The notes under the pieces: model-generated | Databases searched by the model: none | Told to the model about the DNA's origin: nothing | What the model saw: the letters and a program-made list of their open reading frames with translations, nothing else | Assembly (NCBI RefSeq): GCF_004010195.1 | Contig: NC_057751.1 | Coordinates: 17,253,992-17,312,563, forward strand | DNA: 58,572 nucleotides | Source: Chiloscyllium plagiosum | Lineage: Eukaryota | Direction: 5' to 3' | Program-made: the position numbers and the translations under genes | Part shown: in pieces, positions 49,550-58,572 of the stretch | Layout: every line of letters starts with the position of its first letter | Numbering within the stretch: position 1 is the stretch's first letter

Positions 49550-52500
49550 NNNNNNNNNNNNNNNNNNNNNNNNNNNNNNNNNNNNNNNNNNNNNNNNNNN
49601 NNNNNNNNNNNNNNNNNNNNNNNNNNNNNNNNNNNNNNNNNNNNNNNNNNNNNNNNNNNNNNNNNNNNNNNNNNNNNNNNNNNNNNNNNNNNNNNNNNNN
49701 NNNNNNNNNNNNNNNNNNNNNNNNNNNNNNNNNNNNNNNNNNNNNNNNNNNNNNNNNNNNNNNNNNNNNNNNNNNNNNNNNNNNNNNNNNNNNNNNNNNN
49801 NNNNNNNNNNNNNNNNNNNNNNNNNNNNNNNNNNNNNNNNNNNNNNNNNNNNNNNNNNNNNNNNNNNNNNNNNNNNNNNNNNNNNNNNNNNNNNNNNNNN
49901 NNNNNNNNNNNNNNNNNNNNNNNNNNNNNNNNNNNNNNNNNNNNNNNNNNNNNNNNNNNNNNNNNNNNNNNNNNNNNNNNNNNNNNNNNNNNNNNNNNNN
50001 NNNNNNNNNNNNNNNNNNNNNNNNNNNNNNNNNNNNNNNNNNNNNNNNNTGAAAAAGTTTCATCTCAAATCGGTGCTAACACGACACCCCTTTATTCTGA
50101 GGTTTTGGTCATGCAGTTTCGCCCGCCAGGAGAACAGCTTTGCTGCCTCTACCTTAGTTATTCCTCCATAAATTTGCCTCAGGGCATTTTCAAGTTTGTG
50201 AGTTTTCCCGCCTCAACTAGCCTCCCAGCAACTTCTCGAACCACGCCATATCTTGAGATGAAATATTTTCGTCCCGCGAAATCTCATGGCTTTCAGATGA
50301 AAGTTGCCTCCTTCTTATTGACGCTTCGAGTTTCGGCAAGAGCTGCTTTCCATTCACCTTGTCCATGTTCAAGATTGAGTTTTTGGATCCCTACTGGGTT
50401 CCTACCACAGGAATTGCTCTGCTCTAAACATAAATTCCACCCTTACGTTTTCTCTTTTCATCACTGAAATTCACCATCCCAGCTAACTTGTTGATGCATA
50501 TCCGCTGCAGCCCACGCAGTATAATCGCATAATCCCTATACTGCAATGACCAGAACTGCACAGAGTGTTCCAGGTGTCAACTCACCAAGGTTCTGCTCGA
50601 TTCAGCTCATCACCAGTGAAATCCGGTCCACCATCTACAAGGCACACTTGAAAAATTTGATCGAAAGCTCCCAACTCAGCTGGATGGGTATAACCCCAAC
50701 AACACGTAAAAAACTTTCCATCATCCAGAAGTAAGAAACCCACTTTATCGGCATCACATCCACAGACATGACCTTCTCCATTGGCATTTCTCAGCTGCTG
50801 CAATGCACGACACCTACATGATTCCCTGTAGAAATAATCAAAATGACGGTGAAAGCAACTTGCAAACACATGACTGCGACCATCGAGAGGGATAAGTGTA
50901 ATAGGTACACATAACTGCACCTGTAAGATATCCTCCAAGCCAGTCATCATAACCAGCTAACCTCTTTGGTTCTTCAGTGTTACGAATTTAAATTCCAGAA
51001 ATTGTCTCCTGAGATAAAATGTGGATGAACCACCCAAGTCCCATTCACTTATCTCCATGTGGATCTCAACCTCACCGTGATGCTAACCTCTGCTTTTCCT
51101 GCGAATACCAAACTGCTCCAGCTGACCGATGCATGTGTGCCTTAAGTACCGCAAGCTCCAGGATTACCCTCGATCGATGATTGTCTGGAAAGTCATCTTG
51201 ACCCTGACATTAAAACCAATTGTTTATCTAACATTGACAAAACACTAATCCAAATTTAATATTCGTTGTACCCTTAACGATACGAACCATACACCTAATC
51301 CAGAATCCAGGCTATCCCTGCTGATACATTTAAACAGGACTGAAAGTCACTCAATTGCAGTTCCATTGATACTGAATCCTTCATTGAATGTTAAGACTGA
51401 TCCGAAGATTAATTGTTTAAAGCTCACCACTATCTATATCTCCGAAACCAAATATTGCCTCTCAATATGAATCACAGAAAGTACCCGTGCCACTTATCTC
51501 TATCCCAACAGCACGAAAACTCTTCTGTCCCATATCAACCTCCAAATATATCACGGTCCCAAGAAACAACATTCACAATGAACCCTAATCTCAGATCAAA
51601 ATAGGGCTTGCAATGTGCCCCACGCAAACAAGATAAACATATGCTAACAGGTCGAAACAGGAGACGCAATCAGAAGCATTCACTGAACATCAACGTGCAA
51701 CCTATCCTCCTGTGAACAGTCCGCAGTATTCCTGTTTCGGGGCTTTATGCACGAAACGTCAATTCGTCTGCTCCTCGGATGCTGCCTCGCCTGCTGTGCT
51801 CTTCCAGCGGCTACTTCTCGACCCTCAATTCCATCAGTCCTCATTTTCTCCACAGTATTACACAATGCTGATGGAATAATCTGACGAGCATGGTTCACTA
51901 AATGCCAACATATCCGAACTTGCTCGATAGCTCACAGGCCTTAATCACATTCTTAGACAGATTATTCCCCAGCCTTTCTCTCATCCAGAAACACCCCACA
52001 ATTTTTGATGTTTGAAGTGTTCTCAAGCTGGAGGATGTTTTTGCGGATGTTAGATATTGTTATGCAACTAACAAGATGGTGGGGATATTTTATTCATTCG
52101 TGTGATATGGGAGTCGCTGATGTGACAGAACTTATTGCTGGTTATCAGTTGCCCTAATAAGATGGTGGTAACAGTTTCAGTCTGTGTGGTGCAGGGAACG
52201 CGGCAGCACCGGCAGCGAGCAAGTTCCAGGATTTTGACCAAGCAACACTAAAGGAGCAATGATGTAAGAACGATGGGTGAATAGGAGTGGAACTTTTAGG
52301 GGTTAATGTGCTCAAGCAATTATTATCTTGCCTTTCTAGAGAATTGTGATCATGATTTTGGATCATAAAACTGCTTTTTTAAAAGTATATGCAATGCATC
52401 ATGAATACGGTATCCATTGCTCAAATAAACATGGATAATACTGACCTTCTTGTGCACTGTTGAAACTGCACCCAGTCAGGCAAGTCGGGAGGATTTCATC

Positions 52501-53692
52501 AAACTTGCGACTTGTCAGTGTGGAATAAAATTGATGAGTCAGAAGGTTTACAATACTCTAAGCGTCTGAATTGCTCTTGGAGCGAGTGTACGTGCCTGTC
52601 CAAACCACTTTAGTTTCCACTCAATGTTAACCCACACTATGTTGCTTTTCGAGATAGGGAATTCATGGATAACCAGGAAAGCGTAAATACAGGATTGTAA
52701 AACATAAGTAGTAGAGGTAGAAATTACATGCACAATGCCTCACGTTTGTAAAGTTATAATCATATGTGTATTGGAAGGGTGATGGAAAGTTGCATCAGAG
52801 CACGAGAGTAAATTAGAACCTGCCAAAGATTCAGTGCCATTACAAATCACGTTTTCCCAAGGCTGCCAAATATTCACAACAAATGATTGAGACAGTTACG
52901 TTTCCAAGTTTTTTTTAAGCACAGGTCATTTCTGTAGATGTGACAGTCGATGGAAGACGGAGGTTTGAAGAACGTGGCAATAAGTGAATGCCCATGTAAT
53001 GGAAAACTACCGTTCTCACAGAACGTGTTGTAAATATGAAGTAAAGCTACCGAGAGCACGGGGAACGTAACTTCAGCAGGGTAGATATGATCAAGAAACT
53101 CAAAGACAAGTGAGTGAGGTAACGATGGAGAGATGAATTTTTTAAGACTTATTTATCTGTTACGTCACAAATCTGAAGAAGGCCATGGAAATTGCCGAAT
53201 TCTGTTTTGCTCATTTTTATTTTGTGAAATACTTTTAAATAAAAGAGGGCGGTGATATGGACCGAGTTTGAGTTTGGACCTTGAAATTCAGTCACTGATC
53301 ATTGAGGGAAGGTCATCATTACGAGGTCCCAAGCTGGAAAAGCAAATATTTACAGGGCCATTTGCATTGGACATTGATACAGTTTCTAATTCTGTTTAGT
53401 TACTTCACGTGATGAGTGTCGTCCATTCATGAGGGAGTCTGTGTTTCTTCCAATTCATTCCACAGGCTAAACATTATCAGTGTCACAGGACTATTTCAGC
53501 TGTTGTCATCTGTTTTTTCCTACGTTTCAAGAAGAAAAAACATAACAAATCAATTCAGAATATTGCGCAACATAAATATCCACGTGGAGACACTGATGAG
53601 TTGAAAATTAAGGTCCTGCAAATCGGTCGTAACAGAATCACACTGAGGGAGATTGCCTACAGAAGCATGGGACAAATTAATGCGCATTGAAA

Positions 53693-53759
53693 ATGCATGC
53701 TACAATTCGAACAGTGGGAAAAGTATTGTACCTAGTGCTTTGGGTCATTGGTTTTCCTG
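53693..53759 (+). pseudogene. gpr139-like: GPR139/GPR142-like GPCR pseudogene B, exon 1 (MHATIRTVGKVLYLVLWVIGFP)
   Basis: Open exon with phase-1 donor cctg|gtgagt. Confidence 0.82.
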
Positions 53760-54732
53760 GTGAGTGAAGACCATTACTGAGGCTGATCAACTCTCTGCCT
53801 GACCTTGTTTCTGCGGTTGTCCAGTGAGCACGAATGTCAACTGCAGCAGCACATTAGATCAAATATCCCAGATATAACTCTGCAGTTTCATTTTGCTGCT
53901 GCCACTGTTTCAATCTCTCTTCCTTTTGTTATTGCAATCAATGTTGAACCTTTCCATGAGGAGAGCACAGTCTCTGATGAATCTTATGTGAAGGACTGTT
54001 ATCATTTGTACAGTGATTGAATAGAACGAAATTGGGATATTATCCTTCAATTGTTAAGGTTCAGAAATTCATTCCAAACAGAAACTTTAAAAAGAACCAT
54101 TTCCAAGAAAAGTCGTGGACTGAAGGAAAACAACAACATGCAATTCCACTGACCATATTATAGCTCAGGCAATGGATGTCTGAACACAAGGGATTGACAG
54201 AAACAAGTTATTTTAGGCAGCACTAGGTCAGCAGGCAGAAGCAGTCCTTCCCAGCAGACCTGCTGTTTAAGGGTAGACTGAATCGTTTGCTGGTGCGAGT
54301 TGATGGTGGCGGGGAGGTCTTCCAGTTGCTTCCAAGAAATACAGAATCAGAATTTCGTGGATATGTTAGAGACATGTGATGAAGTTGTTTCAAGCGCATG
54401 GTAATGGAACACAGCTCAAATGATCACCAGTTTGCTTCAGGATTTCAGGGTAAATTGCTGGGGAAAGCAGATACTGCTGTTTGTGGTAATTTGCCAATGT
54501 AGAAATCTATTGCAGTCATGCTCAATGAGTAAGAAGCTTGGGGAAGGATATATAAACTATCCTCCAGTGAGTCTGGAATATTCAGAAGATTGTTGTTCAT
54601 GCAAAAGTGTTGACACTTTCAGCTGATGTTCGAATTACGTTCATTTCACAAAGTTCTCCTGAAGCATGGGCCAGTTCAGGTTCTATCTCGCACACTCCCG
54701 CTCTCACTGTCCCTTTCTCTCTCACTGTCCCT

Positions 54733-54801
<69 letters not shown>

Positions 54802-56761
54802 GTACAATGATCTTTTCTTCGTTATTTTTACAAGTACATGGCCAGTATCTTCTGAAAAGACCGAGTGGCTGAGATCGATGACAAATAACTCAAAAGCAAA
54901 ATCACTGGACAACCAAGACAGGTGTCACTCTCAGAACAGACCTCTCGTTTAAAAAAAAAGGAGGACATCTCCAATTAAACGTTAGGGTTTGATTAGTGAT
55001 GTAGAATATCGAAACCTCGGCTTCAGGAACAGAATTCTTTGAAATTTGCGCCACATGCAGAAAGGTTGGCTTAAAAGGCGTGCAGCACTCTTATATTCAG
55101 TGCGTAGACCTTTGAGGATAGGAGCTGGGGCTGTCCGTTTAGTTTACACAGGACGTTACTTTGGAATCTCCTGGAGTACTGTGTCCAGTTATAATCGTCC
55201 TGCCGTGGAAAAGACGTAATTAAGATGTAGAGGATTCTGTGAAGGTTGGCCAGAATGTCGCCAGGAATGAATCGCTTGTGTTGGAAGGGGAATCTAGTTC
55301 TATGTTCACCGCAGGTAGTTCAGGAATAAACTGACAGTGATTTATAAAATCATGAGGGAGCATAAGCAATGCGAATGGCAGGTGTCTCTTCCTTAAGGTG
55401 ACAGTTTTCTGGACATTGGACCATAATTATAACGTGAGAGGAGAAAAGTTTCCAAAAAAAATCACGAAGGACTTTTGTTTTTGCACAGAGAGCAATTCGT
55501 ATGTGGAATGAACTTCGAGAAGAAATAGTTAATACGGATACCGTCATAACGTTTTAAATACATTCAATTACGTGAATGATTTAGAAACGTTTGAAGGAAT
55601 ATTGGCCAACCGTGGGAAGGTAGTACGAGTTGAGTTTGGGATTATGTTCGCAATGGAATACTTGGACTAAATATCCTGCTTCCAAGCTGTATGACTCTGT
55701 GACCCATTGACTCTCTGGCTACATCAGTACCACCAACAGGTACTAACACAGCAGCTTTGGTCAGGAAGTGGAATGGTCCATATTACCCCAGTGACTGTCC
55801 ATTGTGGTGTAGATTGTTGAGTCACGATCTATTCTGAAGCTAGGTACCTGGGCAGATTAAAACAACTAGTCTATTTCACGAAGTGTTTAATGGAGTATCC
55901 TCTATGATCGATTAATGCCAATGGAGTGAAAGCAATTCTGATGACTATCAGCAACGTTTTATTCAGCATTTCCTGGAGCTAAGCCATCAAAGCTCAGGCC
56001 AAAAACTATTGTCATATCTGTAAGTTCATTCTAAAATTACTCGATTAGAATGAAATTGTAACTCATTGTTATTACATGATTCTAATGTTGCAGTATTCAA
56101 AGCACGGAAACTTGGCATTTGGGCCAACTATATCTGACAAACGTAAAGCTCCACACAGCCCTCCGTCCAGTCCACGTCTTCTTGCGCACATATGAACATA
56201 TGAACACATCCTGCCACTTCTGCCTTCCTCAGGCAGAATGCTCATGCTTTCTTAACAGTTTTTCGTTAAAGCTCATTCCCCACAACACCAATAGTTCGAC
56301 AACTCGGAGCAAATGGCATCTGCCCTTGAATTGCTTGTAGTATGTAATTGCTACCGCTTGCTATTGCTGAAAGGAGAATTGCAAATTCTATCTAAAGGAG
56401 AATCTTGGGTTTCAGGAACAGTTATCATTTTATCATGAATATTGCAAGTTCAGTCTTTGGCATTGCTTGAACTGAAATTGGTCTGATAGAATCAGAAAGT
56501 ATATGATCTGCCTGTGCATTTGTTCCTCATTCAAAATCTTACTGGCCCAATTTCCTCTTACAAAAAGCCTGCTTCATGCCAAGTCCCACATGTATAAAAC
56601 TGGAGGTGAGTTTCTGTCCTGTGTCAATTCAAATTATTGATCTTCTAACTAATTACTTTGACGTGTTTGTGTATGAAATCGATCCCTTACTACTTAGTTT
56701 CCATGATGGAGGATGTTCGTCTGTATTGATTATTTTTGATTTTCCTTCCCCCGTCTTACAG

Positions 56762-57617
56762 TCAATTCAGTGACAGTTGGAATCCTCCTTCGGGGTAAGT
56801 GTGGACTCTCATCATGCAGCCAGCTCTATCTGCTAGCCATGGCAGTGGTGGATCTATTGGTCGTTATCATTGAGATCATACTCAAACGAATCAAACATGA
56901 TTTTTTCCCAACATCATTCTTGGACATTATCCCTGTCTGTTGCATTCATTCTGTTCTGCGCCGTCTACTCATAGATTGTTCTGTCTGGTTCACCATCACT
57001 TTCGTCTTTGATTGATATGTCACCATTTGTTATGAGAAACTGAAAACTAAATACTGCACTCAAAAAACTGCAACAGTGGTTCTCACAACAATAAGCTGTC
57101 TGTTTTTTCTAAAAAAAAAATTCCTGTCTACTTCAGAGTTGAACCTGAAAAGATCATTGGCAATGTACCATGGTATTGTACGAATTCAGGTGCATACTAT
57201 GTTGACCCTTTGTGGAGAGGATTTAGCAACTTTGAAAAGATTCTAACCCCTTTCTTTTTAATTCTGTTCCTAAACGATCTGACAGTCAAACACATTTTCG
57301 TGGCCAGTCGAGTCTGGAAAGGTCTGAAGGGTCAGAGTAAGGGGTGAAATTCTAGTGACCCAGAGATGGAGAGTAGAACGCAGAGTATAATTTTACTTTT
57401 CGTCATTTCTGGTAGCTTCATATTTTTGTGGCTGTTGCACATTTCCTTTTATTTTGATATTGACGATCCTTTCGGTAATGATGGGGAATATATATTTGAA
57501 AGAGTTGCATACATGCTGCGAAATTTGAATTGCTGTACTAACGCCATTGCCCATTTTGCATCTCTGCCCAAGTTCAGAGAAAAGCTCAAGAACCCATTGA
57601 AAGCAATTTTTGCTTGA
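56762..57617 (+). pseudogene. gpr139-like: GPR139/GPR142-like GPCR pseudogene B, exon 2
   Basis: VTVGILLRGKCGLSSCSQLYLLAMAVVDLLV...DCSVWFTITFVFD* (stop 57013-57015 in the DRY motif); frameshift at the poly-A near 57111; MESRTQSIILLFVISGSFIFLWL...NCCTN..KFREKLKN. Confidence 0.92.
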
Positions 57618-58572
57618 AATATTCCACCAGCACAATCAAAGCCACTGTGTGAGAAGTACTTATTGTGTGGAAACTATAGGAAGAAAATATCTGGGAGGTG
57701 TATGAGCAATTTTGTCAATTGGGGACAGAAGTTTGCACCATCTGAGGAATACTGAGAGCTGTTCTCAGATGCCAAATATAAAATGGCCAAGGAGAGGAGA
57801 TGACTCTGGAATGACTTGAAGTGAATGAAAAGAAGAAAACAATCACTTTAAAGAATTTCACAACAACAGAAAAGAGGAGGACTCAGAGTCCTTGGAGGAA
57901 ATATCTGGACAAGAATTAGGAGCAGAAGGAGGCCGTTATCTTTCTGAGTCCACCAGACAACTCAAACAGATTATCTACATCAATATCAGTTTCTTAAATC
58001 GCATCGACTCCAGTTGTTGTTAAACTGAAAAATTGAACTCATCCCCGCGCTGAACTGAGATTATCAGAGAACTGAAATTTACAAAAGACGTCAGACATGC
58101 CGAAAAACGTCATCAATGCAGCTAACGTTCGGTTGACCAGATATAAAAACGGCAGGAAGGCGTTCGAAAAGTGCCTCAAATGGACAGGAAATGACAGTTT
58201 TCGACATTGTCTCCTCCACTAGGTCTCAGCTCCTCGCATCCGTTCACACAAAGCAATCACAGGTTGACAAAAGAAAATGTTGTGCATACGGCAAATCCTC
58301 ATGTGTAATTACACAATATATTCTCATGAAATTCATAATGAAAAACAAGTTTTTAAATTTGCATTCCGTCCATTTCTGATTGTGTCACTGCTGTCACCCT
58401 CCATTTGAGTGAACCCCTCGGCTTTACACGTGGGAAAGAATCGTGGTAAAATTTATGCACAGCCAGCAGATGCGTTGGGAAGTGAAATAAGAGGCCATCA
58501 CATAGATGGGGGGAAGATACAGTTCCCCATTCATGCTAAGCGTTGACAGTCACTCAGAGCTAAACTGCGGAC

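Larger units (their letters stand above)
50050..58572 (+). repeat. Segmental duplication copy B (direct repeat of 31510-40029), running to the window end
   Basis: Colinear match to copy A; begins immediately after a 500-N gap. Confidence 0.97.

Overview
Repeat-dominated vertebrate genomic DNA, most likely from a shark or other elasmobranch (inferred from HE1/V-SINE, HER1/CR1 LINE tails, Penelope ends and GPR139-like receptors). It consists of four contigs separated by N gaps (9669-10097, 28940-29837, 49550-50049). The only recognisable host genes are two paralogous two-exon GPR139/GPR142-like class A GPCR pseudogenes (35213-39085 and 53693-57617, + strand). They lie in an ~8.5 kb segmental duplication (31510-40029 vs 50050-58572) and share a stop in the DRY motif and a frameshift. 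The GC-rich first contig has two phase-compatible candidate coding exons on the - strand (4679-4738, 3953-4052) and a possible promoter/first exon near 8.9-9.3 kb; the product is unidentified. The rest is mostly decayed CR1 LINEs, a Rex1/Babar LINE, an RTE LINE, a Penelope element with a GIY-YIG remnant, a nested solo LTR, SINEs and minisatellites derived from TE fragments. The most notable non-coding signal is a set of short, often palindromic Penelope-derived insertions carrying hammerhead-ribozyme core motifs, whose truncation or inversion points repeatedly fall at the ribozyme core. Almost all ORF-track entries are TE remnants, repeat read-throughs or N-gap artefacts. All identities and counts are by-eye estimates.
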